NCBI GenBank assembly: GCA_036446335.1
Contig: JAZFSU010000127.1
Span: forward strand, 1-39,413
Reading direction: 5' to 3'
Length of the DNA stretch: 39,413 nt
Source: Dehalococcoidia bacterium
Lineage (GTDB): Bacteria > Chloroflexota > Dehalococcoidia > SZUA-161
Numbering within the stretch: position 1 is the first letter of the stretch; every line of letters begins with the position of its first letter. Made by a program: the position numbers and the translations under genes. The notes beneath the pieces were generated by a model. That model was not told where the DNA came from and made no database searches. It saw only the letters and a list, made by a program, of their open reading frames with translations. Below are positions 15,736 to 25,451 of this stretch, piece by piece.

Positions 15736-18087
15736 ATGGCAAAGTCAACTTCCGGCAAGCCGAGTCCCCAGGAACCGATCCCCATCCTCAACCTGGTCAA
15801 GCGGGTGGCGAGGTCGCCGTGGCGGCTGCTGAGGATGCTGGGCGCAGCCGCGGCTCTGGCAGTGATAATCCTCCTGCACTCGATCATACTGGAAATCGTC
15901 GGGTTCGCCGCGATATTGGTCATCGTATGGGCAGGAACACTTGCCGCATTAGCATGGCGGCGGCAGACGGGCAGCCTCCTCAAATGGTGGAACTTCTGGC
16001 TGGGCTCCATCGTGCTCACACTTGCCGTCTGGGGCGTGCTCGCCGTCTTCTATCCTTCGGACTTTGCCATCAGCGGCGTCAAATTCTATGAAGTAAGCCT
16101 GGGAGGAAAGGCCGGGGCCTACATCGTTGGCAGGGAGGGAGCCAGCGCCCTTGCGGCTTTGCGGCTGGCAGGCATCATCCTTGTCGGTGTGGGGATCATA
16201 GCCCCGTATCCCAGCTTCCGATTCCTGCAGGGTCTCGCGCGTGCCGGCAAGACAGCCATATCCTCTGCAGCTTCGGGTGCTATCTGGCTGCTACTCGAGG
16301 TGGCGCGCCGGCTGGTACGTTTCTATCGCAGGCAACCTCTTCATCGCAAGATGGCGGCCGGTATCATGGCCCTGCTCCGGTGGATACGCCCACAGCGAGC
16401 ACCCGGAACAACCGAAATGGGCCTGCCCGCCCCGGAGGAGGCCGAAGCCGCACCTACAGAGACAACCGGCATACAACTGCCGCTGGAGCCAGCGACCGGG
16501 ACCCATGAGGCGGCTGCAGGTCAAGTGCCTGAATCCGAAAGCGAGCCTGCACCTCATCACCACAGCCCATCTGCCACGCAGAGATTGCCGAGCATCGAGC
16601 TTCTTGACCAGGCAGCTGAGGTCACGTTCTCCAGCGCAGACAACGAACAGCGTGCGAAGTTGATCGAGGACTCGCTGTCCAGCTACGGCGTGAACGCCAA
16701 GGTTGTACAGATAAACCCGGGGCCTTCCGTCACCCAGTTTGGCATCGAGCCGGGGTGGGATGTCAAGCATAGGCGGATAGTGGAACGAGACCAACAAGGC
16801 AAGGTCAAGCTGGACAACAACGGCAACCCCATAGAGAGGATGGAGGAGGTGTCAAGGACCAGAGTCAAGGTGGAAAGGATCACAGCGCTGTCCAACAACC
16901 TTGCGTTGGCTCTGGCAACGCCCAACATAAGAATCGAGGCACCGGTCCCGGGAAAGCCTGTTGTCGGCATCGAGGTCCCCAATACAACGACCACGGTGGT
17001 GCACTTGAGAGGAGTGATCGAGAGTGCCGCTTTCCAGAAGGTCAGAGCAAGGTCAAAGCTGGCTCTGGCGCTTGGCAACGGGGCCGCAGGCGAGCCAGCA
17101 GCCGCAGATTTGACCAAGATGCCTCACCTTCTGATAGCCGGAACGACCGGAAGTGGCAAGACCGTGTGCATCAATTCCATAATCACGTGCTTGCTCATAT
17201 GCAATTCGCCCGAGGACATGCGCCTGCTCCTCATCGATCCCAAGCGAGTAGAACTCGTCAGCTTCAACGGCGTACCTCATCTCATTTCACCTGTCGTAGT
17301 CGAAGTCGACAAGGCCATCGAGACCCTTCGCCGAGTCATCCGCGAAATGGACACCCGCTTCAGCAAGTTCGCTGCTGTGGGAGTGCGCAACATCGAGGGG
17401 TACAACCGGAGCCCCCTGGTAGCCGATCAAATGCCCTACCTGGTAGTCGTTGTCGATGAGCTTGCCGACCTCATGATGAGCGCAGCGGAGGTTGTTGAAC
17501 CTGCCATCTGCCGCCTGGCACAGCTGTCACGGGCTACCGGTATTCATCTTATCCTCGCTACCCAGCGACCTTCCGTGGACGTAGTCACCGGCCTGATAAA
17601 AGCCAATTTCCCCACGAGGGCAAGCTTTGCCGTGGCGTCTGCCGTGGACTCGCGAACCATCCTGGATATCGGTGGCGCTGAGAAGCTGCTGGGGCAGGGA
17701 GACATGCTGTACGTGCCATCCGATGCCAACAAGCCCAGACGGCTCCGCGGCTGCTTCGTCTCAGACCAGGAGATCGACAGCGTTGTAGCGTTCTGGAAGC
17801 GCCAACTGGGCGAGCAGACCTTGCAGGCGGAGGACGCGGTTGCCCAAGCCTTCGCCTGCCTCGAGAGTGATGAGACAAAGTCCGAGGATTCGTACCTGCC
17901 CGAAGCGAGAAGACTGGCCAGGGAGCACTCTCACCTCTCGACCTCCCTTCTTCAGCGCCGGCTTCACATAGGATATCCCAGAGCAGCCAGGATCATGGAT
18001 TCTCTGGAGGAAGAGGGAACAGTCATACGCGGCCCCGACGGCGGGATCGGGGAGAGCCCAGAACGAGAAGGAGAGGAGGCGGAATGA
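15736..18087 (+). CDS. ftsK: DNA translocase FtsK/SpoIIIE
   Basis: N-terminal TM helices, a P/E/A-rich linker, then the motor domain with Walker A GTTGSGKT, VVVDELADLM, ILATQRPSVDV and a C-terminal winged-helix gamma domain (LLQRRLHIGYPRAARIMD). Confidence 0.9.
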   Translation: MAKSTSGKPSPQEPIPILNLVKRVARSPWRLLRMLGAAAALAVIILLHSIILEIVGFAAILVIVWAGTLAALAWRRQTGSLLKWWNFWLGSIVLTLAVWGVLAVFYPSDFAISGVKFYEVSLGGKAGAYIVGREGASALAALRLAGIILVGVGIIAPYPSFRFLQGLARAGKTAISSAASGAIWLLLEVARRLVRFYRRQPLHRKMAAGIMALLRWIRPQRAPGTTEMGLPAPEEAEAAPTETTGIQLPLEPATGTHEAAAGQVPESESEPAPHHHSPSATQRLPSIELLDQAAEVTFSSADNEQRAKLIEDSLSSYGVNAKVVQINPGPSVTQFGIEPGWDVKHRRIVERDQQGKVKLDNNGNPIERMEEVSRTRVKVERITALSNNLALALATPNIRIEAPVPGKPVVGIEVPNTTTTVVHLRGVIESAAFQKVRARSKLALALGNGAAGEPAAADLTKMPHLLIAGTTGSGKTVCINSIITCLLICNSPEDMRLLLIDPKRVELVSFNGVPHLISPVVVEVDKAIETLRRVIREMDTRFSKFAAVGVRNIEGYNRSPLVADQMPYLVVVVDELADLMMSAAEVVEPAICRLAQLSRATGIHLILATQRPSVDVVTGLIKANFPTRASFAVASAVDSRTILDIGGAEKLLGQGDMLYVPSDANKPRRLRGCFVSDQEIDSVVAFWKRQLGEQTLQAEDAVAQAFACLESDETKSEDSYLPEARRLAREHSHLSTSLLQRRLHIGYPRAARIMDSLEEEGTVIRGPDGGIGESPEREGEEAE

Positions 18088-19880
18088 ACAGTCCAGACGA
18101 GTCAAATGCTCAATCGGCGCCACAGGATACGGTTGAAGAGCAGCCCGAGCCAGAAGAGGAACTCTGCCTCTTCTGCGGCACAGACGTCAGTCACTCGGAC
18201 CTCTATCATCGCTACCGAGTTTGCCCCGAGTGCAGGTTCCACCACAGCCTTTCGGCGCGGGAGCGAATCGCCCTCCTGGCCGATCCCGGGAGCTTCAGAG
18301 AGGTGAACCGATTCCTGACATCTATGGATCCGCTCTCCTTCTCCGGGAAGCCATCGTATCAGGAGCGCATCCTGGAGGCCCAGCGCAGGACAGGTCTCAC
18401 AGAAGCGGTGATCACAGGGAAATGCACCATCGGCGGCAACCCGACGGCTATCGCCGTACTCGACTTCGGGTTCATGGGGGGCAACATGGGATGCGTCGTG
18501 GGCGAGAAAATAGCGCTTGCCTTCGAGATGGCCGCCAAGCAGAAGATCCCTATGGTCACTGTTGTCTCGAGCGGCGGTGCCAGAATGCAGGAGGGCGTGC
18601 TGTCACTCATGCAGATGGCCAAGACTGCAGCCGCAGCCAAGCGGCTTCACTCTCAAAGACAGCCATATGTAACGGTCCTGACCAATCCCACGAGTGGTGA
18701 GGTCTATGCGAGCTTTGCCAGCCTGGGCGACGTGATAGTGGCCGAACCCAAGGCTCTTGTGGGTTTCGCCCCGCTGCGGGTCGTCGAGGAGGTCTCCGGA
18801 AGGCCTCTCCCAGAGGGCATTCACACAGCTGAGTACAATCTCCAGCATGGCATGATTGACCAGGTGGTCGACCGCACCAAGCTGCACCAGTTCCTCTCGG
18901 TCCTGCTCGAACTCCTCAGTTCACGGTATCGCTTGACCGTGACTAGAAGAGGCAAGCCAATCTCTGTCCCCGACCACCCAGCCGACTACGCCTGGCAAAC
19001 GGTACAGCTGGCGCGCCATCAACAGAGGCCCACTGCACTGGACTACATACCCAGGATTACCTCGTCGTTCATCGAGCTTCGCGGTGATCGTCGCTTCAGC
19101 GACGACAGGTCCGTTGTGTGCGGCCTGGCCGACTTCAGCGGCGAAGCCGTCGTCGTTATCGGTCAGGAGCGAAGCCACAACGAGGGCAGGTCCTATCCCG
19201 AGGGGTTCCGCAAGGCGCAGCGGGGAATGAGGCTCGCAGCCACATTTGGGCTGCCGGTAATAACCTTGATCGACACCCCGGGGGCCTATCCGGGTATCGA
19301 AGCAGAAGAACGTGGAATGGGACAGGCCATTGCCAGCACCCTTGCTTTGATGTCGGATCTGCCAACGCCAATCGTCTCGGTCATAATCGGCGAAGGCGGC
19401 AGCGAGGGGGCACTGGCACTTGGAGTCGCCGATCGAATCCTGATGCTGGAGAACGCCATCTACTCCGTTATCTCTCCAGAGAGCGCCGCGTCCATTGTCT
19501 ATCGAGACTCCGAGAAAGCAAGTGAGATGGCATCCGCGCTAAAGCTCACGGCCTTTGACTGCAAAGAGCTCGGCGTCATTGACACGGTAGTTCCCGAGCC
19601 CGAGGGCGGCGCCCACGCTGACCCTGATGAGGCGGCGCGGCTCCTGAGAAACTCTATTCTTCGCGAACTCCTTGAGATTCAGAAAGTCCCCAGGGGAAAG
19701 TTGATCAAGGATCGATACAAGAAGCTTCGGAGCATGGGGCAATACACCTCTCACTTCAGGTCTGCCATTTCCAAGGAGGTCACTGAGGTCCAGGAGTTAC
19801 TGCACCGTGGTGTCTCCAAGTTGAAGCAACGCTTTTCCACGCCAGAGGAAGGCGATCAGCAGCAGGAAGTGAGTGAGTAA
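18084..19880 (+). CDS. accD-accA: acetyl-CoA carboxylase carboxyltransferase, fused beta (AccD) and alpha (AccA) subunits
   Basis: N-terminal AccD zinc finger CLFCG...CPECRFH and GGARMQEG. The C-terminal half is AccA-like (FGLPVITLIDTPGAYPGIEAEERGMGQAIA, GEGGSEGALALGV). Its ATG overlaps the ftsK stop (ATGA, 18084-18087). Confidence 0.9.
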   Translation: MNSPDESNAQSAPQDTVEEQPEPEEELCLFCGTDVSHSDLYHRYRVCPECRFHHSLSARERIALLADPGSFREVNRFLTSMDPLSFSGKPSYQERILEAQRRTGLTEAVITGKCTIGGNPTAIAVLDFGFMGGNMGCVVGEKIALAFEMAAKQKIPMVTVVSSGGARMQEGVLSLMQMAKTAAAAKRLHSQRQPYVTVLTNPTSGEVYASFASLGDVIVAEPKALVGFAPLRVVEEVSGRPLPEGIHTAEYNLQHGMIDQVVDRTKLHQFLSVLLELLSSRYRLTVTRRGKPISVPDHPADYAWQTVQLARHQQRPTALDYIPRITSSFIELRGDRRFSDDRSVVCGLADFSGEAVVVIGQERSHNEGRSYPEGFRKAQRGMRLAATFGLPVITLIDTPGAYPGIEAEERGMGQAIASTLALMSDLPTPIVSVIIGEGGSEGALALGVADRILMLENAIYSVISPESAASIVYRDSEKASEMASALKLTAFDCKELGVIDTVVPEPEGGAHADPDEAARLLRNSILRELLEIQKVPRGKLIKDRYKKLRSMGQYTSHFRSAISKEVTEVQELLHRGVSKLKQRFSTPEEGDQQQEVSE

Positions 19881-19958
19881 GGCCCCCCCGTCGAGCGGAC
19901 AGCTTGTGGCGAACTCGCACAAGAGCGTTGACACTCGTCAGGCTATCGTGCATCATAT

Positions 19959-19988
19959 TAGTCATAGGATTGACAAGAGTGGTACAAT
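19959..19988 (+). promoter_or_regulatory. putative promoter of the yihY leader
   Basis: TAGTCA (19959-19964), 18 nt spacer, TACAAT (19983-19988), preceded by GTGg (extended -10). A second candidate lies just upstream: TTGACA (19928-19933), 17 nt spacer, CATCAT. Confidence 0.4.
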
Positions 19989-19994
19989 AGATCA

Positions 19995-20197
19995 CGCAGT
20001 CCGTCATGAGTCAAGGACGGACTAGGGACTAATCGGCGGCTCAGAATCAACGTCGGAGATACGGTAGCAGTCCGCCAGTCCACTGAGGCAAGGATGACGG
20101 CTCTGGATTCAAGGACCTGTCCAACCGGTCCCGCAGGGCAGGGCTGCCCGTTTCGATCCCAGATTCATCGAAGCCGTCGGGAGAGCACGGCCAACCA
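19995..20197 (+). promoter_or_regulatory. structured 5' leader, candidate riboswitch (class unresolved; weak cobalamin-like blocks)
   Basis: 8-bp hairpin AGTCCGTC/GACGGACT (19998-20023) followed directly by AGGGAC. Then CGGCG..GAATC..CGTCG, GCAGTCCGCCAGTCCACTGAGG and TTCAAGGACCTGTCC. Then hairpin GGACC/GGTCC and GGGCA-gggc-TGCCC-GTTTCG. See findings. Confidence 0.3.
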
Positions 20198-21199
20198 ATG
20201 ACAGCACAACGACTGATCACAGTAGCAGGTGTGCTGAAGGGGGCGGTAAACGAGTTCCTTACCGACAACTGCCCTCATCTCTCAGCCGCCATTTCATACT
20301 ACTTTCTGCTCTGTCTGTTTCCGCTTGCCCTGGCAGCGATCTCGGTGTTCGGCTTCATCGCGACTTCAGCAGAGGTCGAGCATAATGTAACCCAGGCGAT
20401 CTCCGACTTCGTGCCAGTGTCTGCAGACTTCATCCAGAGGACCATTCACGGCGTGGCAGGGAACTGGGGAGCTGCGGGGATAGCAGCCACCGTTGGCCTT
20501 GTCTGGGGCGGCATGGCTGTGTTCAGTGCCATCAGGAAGGCTTTGAACGCGGCATGGGGGATCAAGGAACCCCGACCCTTCTTGCATGAGAGATTCCTTG
20601 AGTTCTCCATGATGCTTGGGCTGGGCCTGCTCATGATCATGTCGCTGGGGTTGACAACCGCCTTCAAGTTCATCCAAGGCGCAGACATCGCTGTCTTCGG
20701 TAACCTCATCCGGGACGGCGGTCCCTTTTGGCAGCTCATCTTTATGCTCTCCAGCGCCTTCCTCAGCTTTCTGGCGTTCTTCTTCCTCTACAAGGTCGTT
20801 CCCAACACCAGGGTCCGCTGGCGACACGCCTTTTTCGGCGCGCTCGTGGCGGCTGTGCTGTTTGAGCTCGTCAAGGCTTTGTTCATCTGGTTCGTGGGCA
20901 GGTTCGCAACATACAACCTCGTTTACGGGTCGGTGGGGACAATAGTAGCCCTCATGACCTGGACATACGTCTCGGCTGTCATCATGCTTTTCTGCGCAAA
21001 GATGACTTCGATATATCCAAGAGTCAGGGCCTCGCTCGCGGCGCAGGCCGCTGGGGCCGACTTGAAGGACCATAACCCAAGGGTGCGGATCCCGTCGATC
21101 TCGTCGATCCCGTCACCCTCAATGATCCTGGTCAACATGGCCGTGCTTACTTCAGGCAGCCTTGGCAGATTCCGCCGAATGAGGTCGGGGAAAGGCTAG
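20198..21199 (+). CDS. yihY: YihY/BrkB (ribonuclease BN-like) family integral membrane protein
   Basis: FLTDNCPHLSAAISYYFLLCLFPLALAAISVFGF... and YGSVGTIVALMTWTYVSAVIMLFCA, with 6 predicted TM helices. Confidence 0.85.
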   Translation: MTAQRLITVAGVLKGAVNEFLTDNCPHLSAAISYYFLLCLFPLALAAISVFGFIATSAEVEHNVTQAISDFVPVSADFIQRTIHGVAGNWGAAGIAATVGLVWGGMAVFSAIRKALNAAWGIKEPRPFLHERFLEFSMMLGLGLLMIMSLGLTTAFKFIQGADIAVFGNLIRDGGPFWQLIFMLSSAFLSFLAFFFLYKVVPNTRVRWRHAFFGALVAAVLFELVKALFIWFVGRFATYNLVYGSVGTIVALMTWTYVSAVIMLFCAKMTSIYPRVRASLAAQAAGADLKDHNPRVRIPSISSIPSPSMILVNMAVLTSGSLGRFRRMRSGKG

Positions 21200-21225
21200 C
21201 ACAAATAGAGCGCTATGCTCCTCCA

Positions 21226-22356
21226 ATGATCAAGTTACAGACCCTCGTTCTTCTCATTCTGCTTCTGGTGTTGGCGAGCGGCTGTTCCTCCGGTTCCACA
21301 GCAACCAGCACGCCGGCCCCCACACCGACCAGGAGTCCCATCCACACCTCCGCCCCTACCGCAACCGCCACGCCGCAGCAAACCGATTCCCCAGTCGAGA
21401 GCCCCCTGACCACCCTTCCCTCCATCGCTGACGTTGTGGCAAAGGTTCGGCCATCGGTGGTCTATATCTCGGTCGAGTACCTTTATACCTCGTATTTCTC
21501 CCGGACCGTGGTCACCAAGACAGGCTCAGGCGTGATCATGAGCCCAGACGGGTACATCCTGACGAACAACCATGTGATCGAGGACGCGCGCAATGTCGAG
21601 GTCGTGCTTCCGGGCGTCGAGGAAATCTACAGCGCTGAGATCATCGGCGTCGACCCGCTCAGCGACCTGGCAGTGATCAAGATCGAGGGAGAGGGCTTTC
21701 CCACCGCCCAGTTTGGAGACCCTTCGAGGCTACGGGTCGGTGACTGGGTGATCGCCCTCGGCAACGCCTTGGGGCTCGAAGGCGGCCCCACAGTAACCAT
21801 CGGCATAGTCAGTAACCTCGAGCGCTCGTTCCCCATTGGTGAGATAGGAGAGAGCGCATTCTACGATGTGATCCAAACCGATGCAGACATCAACAGAGGG
21901 AACAGCGGCGGGCCGCTGGTCGACTTGAATGGCAACGTAGTCGGAATCAACACTTTCGTGCTCACGTCGGAGGTGGAAACGGCGGGTTTCGCTATCAACA
22001 CCAGCACCGTCCGGCGAGTGTATGATGAGTTGACCGAGCACGGACGCGTGCTGAGACCCTACCTTGGTATCAGCCTCAGAACGGTTACGCCCGCTGTAGC
22101 CACTGAGCTTGGCCTGTCCAGGAAGACAGGAGTGCTCGTGTGGTACGTCGTCGATAACAGCCCGGCGGCCAAGGCAGGCCTCGAGGCCGACGATGTCATC
22201 GTGCTATTCGAGGACCAGCCTGTGAACGAGGCGTACCAAATCACCAAGATACTGTGGCAATATGAGATCGGCGACAGCGTACGTCTAACATTCTGGAGAG
22301 GGGATGACGAGCAGGAAGCCTGGGTCACGCTTGGAGAAAGGCCTCAGGGGCCCTGA
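21226..22356 (+). CDS. HtrA/DegP-family serine protease with PDZ domain (lipoprotein signal)
   Basis: LLVLASGC signal, T/P-rich linker, catalytic H (TNNHVIE), D (DLAVIK) and S (GNSGGPLVD), and a C-terminal PDZ domain (YLGISLRTV...VLVWYVVDNSPAAKAGLEADDVIV). Confidence 0.9.
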   Translation: MIKLQTLVLLILLLVLASGCSSGSTATSTPAPTPTRSPIHTSAPTATATPQQTDSPVESPLTTLPSIADVVAKVRPSVVYISVEYLYTSYFSRTVVTKTGSGVIMSPDGYILTNNHVIEDARNVEVVLPGVEEIYSAEIIGVDPLSDLAVIKIEGEGFPTAQFGDPSRLRVGDWVIALGNALGLEGGPTVTIGIVSNLERSFPIGEIGESAFYDVIQTDADINRGNSGGPLVDLNGNVVGINTFVLTSEVETAGFAINTSTVRRVYDELTEHGRVLRPYLGISLRTVTPAVATELGLSRKTGVLVWYVVDNSPAAKAGLEADDVIVLFEDQPVNEAYQITKILWQYEIGDSVRLTFWRGDDEQEAWVTLGERPQGP

Positions 22357-25300
22357 TCTCCCACTTTCCTGACAGCCAACACGACCTCATGGCCATCGAT
22401 CTTCTGGCTCTTATCGAAAGCTCCCTCCGGTGGCCCCTCGTCTGCCAGTGTTCGTGACAGGGTTTCCTGCATGATGTATGGCGCGAACTCCTTCATAACC
22501 CGCTGGATAGACGCCTCGCCCTGGTAGAAGACTTCGATGTGATCGGCAATGTCGAAGCCGGCGGAACGCCGCATGAACTGCAGCCGATGCACCAGCTCTC
22601 GCGCCAAACCTTCATCCGCAAGCTCGGAGGTAATGTCGCTGTCTATCATAACCACAAGACCGCCCTCCTCCGCCGTTGGCCAGCTCGGGTGCTCCTCGGC
22701 TGACACGCTGTCAACGACATCCAGAGCCTTCACATTGAGTTCCTCCAACACCTGCGAGGCCATTCGCTCCAAGCCCGCCTTCTCGGCCTGAGTCCTGGCC
22801 TTGACGAGGACCCTGGCCAGAGGCTGACGCACCTTCAGGTTAGCCTTGGCTCGAGCAGACCGCCCCAGACTCGACACGGTCATAGCCAGTCGGGTATCGG
22901 CAGCAAGGACCTCGTCGACCAGACTGAGATCAGCCTGGGGAAAGTCTGTCAGATGGACGCTCTCGGGAGCGCTCCCGTCGACAGACCTGACCAGGTTCTG
23001 ATAGAGATCCTCGGCGATGAACGGAGTGAACGGAGCAAGCAGCTTGGTCAGTGTGACCAGACACTGGTAGAGAGTGGTATACGCCGCCTGCTTGTCGGAA
23101 TCGTTCTCGCTTTTCCAGAACCGCTTTCGGCTCCTTCTCACATACCAGTTGGACAGCTCCTGCACGAAACCGTCGATCTTCCGTCCCGCACCCGTGGGAT
23201 CATATTCGTCGAGACACCCGGTCACCCCATCGATCAACTGGTTGAGCTCCGAGAGTATCCAGCGATCTAGCTCGGCAAGGCCATCCAAGCTTGCGTCGGT
23301 ACGGGGGTCGAACTTGTCGATGTTTGCGTATGTCACGAAGAAAGAGTAAGTATTCCACAGGGTCAGCAGGAACTTGCGTACCACCTCCTCGACCAACTCC
23401 CTTGAGAAACGACGCACGTTGCCCGGCGGCGATGAGGTGTACAGATACCAGCGCAACGCGTCGGCACCGGTGGCATCCAGCACTTCGGCAGGAGTAACGG
23501 CATTCCCTTTCGACTTGCTCATCTTCTCGCCCTTGCTGTCAAGGATATGCCCAAGGCATATCACGTTCCTGAAGCAGGGCTCGTCGAAAAGGAGAGTGGA
23601 CAGCGCATGCAGGCTGTAGAACCAGCCGCGCGTCTGATCCACCGCCTCACAGATGTAGTCGGCAGGGAAGCGCCCGTCCTCGCGCAGGGACTCATTCTCG
23701 AATGGGTAGTGCCACTGGGCGAGAGGCATGGCTCCCGAGTCGAACCAGCAATCTATCACCTCTGGCATGCGGCTCATCTCCGCGCCACATTGAGGACAAC
23801 TGTACGTGACGTCATCGATGTAGGGTCGGTGCAGGTCCGTGAGGCTCTCCACGCCCTTGATGCCGGACTTGCCCCTCAGCTCTTCAACGCCCCCGATGCA
23901 CTCTTCCTTGTCGCAGCTCTGGCAGCGCCATATCGGTAGCGGCGTCCCCCAGTAGCGCTCCCGAGAGAACGCCCAGTCCACATTGTTGTTCAGCCAGTCG
24001 CCGAACCTTCCGAACTTGATGAAGTCGGGGTACCAGTTGATCTCGGCGTTCCCGGAGATGAGTCTCTCCTTCTTTGCCGTCGTCCTGATATACCACGACG
24101 GTTTTGCGTAGTAGAGCAGCGGAGCATCGCAGCGCCAGCAGAAGGGGTAGGTGTGTGTGACCGTCTCCTGGCGATAGAGCAGCCCTCGCGATCTGAGATC
24201 CTCCAGTATCAGGGGATCGGCATCCTTCACAAACTTGCCCGCAAAGGGATAGGTGCCCTGGATCACGCCCTGCGGATCGACGTAGTCACGCACAAAGTCA
24301 AGACCTTGCTTCTCGCCCTCCTGATAGTCCGCTTCGCCAAAAGACGGAGCCATGTGCACAATACCCGTGCCATCTTCCAGAGAGACAAAGTCCGCTCCGA
24401 TCACCCGATACACCAAATCCTTGTCCTCAGGCTGATCCTCCATGGCAGTTGACCTGGCAGAGATCAGGTGCTGGCCAGTGTCTCCCTCATGGAGTTTGAA
24501 TCGCTTTCTCTCAATCCCGTACTCGTGGGGATTGAACAGCGGCACATACCTCAACCCCACAACGTCCGCGCCCCTGACCTGGCCCGCTTCACCATATCCC
24601 TCAAGCCCCACGCTCTCAACCAGATCAGAAGCCATTACAACATAGTCACTCTCCCCTTCCATAACCGCATACTCAGCGTCGGGCGCTACGGCAAGGGCAG
24701 TGTTTCCCGGCAATGTCCAGGGAGTGGTCGTCCATGCAAGCAGATAAACTGGCTTGGACTGAAGGTTGCCCAAGTGAGGCTCAAGTGGCGTTCCGCTCAC
24801 AGACACCTTGTCCAGCGCAAACTTTATGTAAACTGATGGATCAACGGTGTCATCCTTGTACCCAAGTGCCACCTCATGCGAGCTGAGGCTGGTCACGCAG
24901 CGGGGACAGTGAGGCGTGACCTTGTAGCCCTGATAGACAAGCCCCTTCTCCCATAGTTGCTTGATTATCCACCAGCACGTCTCGATATACTCATTCTCAA
25001 AGGTTATGTAGGGTTGCTTCATGTCTATCCAGAAGCCGATCCGATCCGTAAGGTCCTCCCACTCCTTGACGTACTGGAGCACATTCGCGCGGCACCGGCT
25101 GTTGAACTCCGCGACTCCATACGCTTCTATATCAGGCTTGCTCTTGAGCTTCAGCTCTTTCTCGACCTCGAGTTCCACTGGCAGCCCATGCGTATCCCAA
25201 CCCGCCCTGCGCGGAGCGTAGTATCCCCGCATGGCCTTGTAGCGGGGGAATATGTCCTTGAACACCCTCGCCAGCACGTGGTGAATCCCCGGGCTGGCGT

Positions 25301-25451
25301 TTGCGGTTGGCGGCCCATCATACAGGACAAAGAGCGGCCCGCCCTGACGCTGCTCGACGCTTCGCTCGAAGATTCGCTTCTCCTTCCAGAAGCTGAGTAT
25401 GCGATGTTCAAGCTCAGGGAAACTCACTCTACTGGTCACCGGCTCAAACAT
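22344..25451 (-). CDS. ileS: isoleucine--tRNA ligase (long, Thermus-like form)
   Basis: GPPTANASPGIHHVLARVFKD (HIGH-region variant), WDTHGLPVE and KMSKSKGN. Start placed at ATG 25451 (RBS GGAGGA 5 nt upstream), not the ORF-track start at 25472. Confidence 0.95.
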   Translation of the reverse strand: MFEPVTSRVSFPELEHRILSFWKEKRIFERSVEQRQGGPLFVLYDGPPTANASPGIHHVLARVFKDIFPRYKAMRGYYAPRRAGWDTHGLPVELEVEKELKLKSKPDIEAYGVAEFNSRCRANVLQYVKEWEDLTDRIGFWIDMKQPYITFENEYIETCWWIIKQLWEKGLVYQGYKVTPHCPRCVTSLSSHEVALGYKDDTVDPSVYIKFALDKVSVSGTPLEPHLGNLQSKPVYLLAWTTTPWTLPGNTALAVAPDAEYAVMEGESDYVVMASDLVESVGLEGYGEAGQVRGADVVGLRYVPLFNPHEYGIERKRFKLHEGDTGQHLISARSTAMEDQPEDKDLVYRVIGADFVSLEDGTGIVHMAPSFGEADYQEGEKQGLDFVRDYVDPQGVIQGTYPFAGKFVKDADPLILEDLRSRGLLYRQETVTHTYPFCWRCDAPLLYYAKPSWYIRTTAKKERLISGNAEINWYPDFIKFGRFGDWLNNNVDWAFSRERYWGTPLPIWRCQSCDKEECIGGVEELRGKSGIKGVESLTDLHRPYIDDVTYSCPQCGAEMSRMPEVIDCWFDSGAMPLAQWHYPFENESLREDGRFPADYICEAVDQTRGWFYSLHALSTLLFDEPCFRNVICLGHILDSKGEKMSKSKGNAVTPAEVLDATGADALRWYLYTSSPPGNVRRFSRELVEEVVRKFLLTLWNTYSFFVTYANIDKFDPRTDASLDGLAELDRWILSELNQLIDGVTGCLDEYDPTGAGRKIDGFVQELSNWYVRRSRKRFWKSENDSDKQAAYTTLYQCLVTLTKLLAPFTPFIAEDLYQNLVRSVDGSAPESVHLTDFPQADLSLVDEVLAADTRLAMTVSSLGRSARAKANLKVRQPLARVLVKARTQAEKAGLERMASQVLEELNVKALDVVDSVSAEEHPSWPTAEEGGLVVMIDSDITSELADEGLARELVHRLQFMRRSAGFDIADHIEVFYQGEASIQRVMKEFAPYIMQETLSRTLADEGPPEGAFDKSQKIDGHEVVLAVRKVGDQGP

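Noticed and set aside
19970-19975. Second perfect TTGACA in the yihY upstream region.
   Set aside because: It lies only 7 nt from the TACAAT -10 box, so it cannot serve as its -35 element. It may be coincidental or a regulator site.
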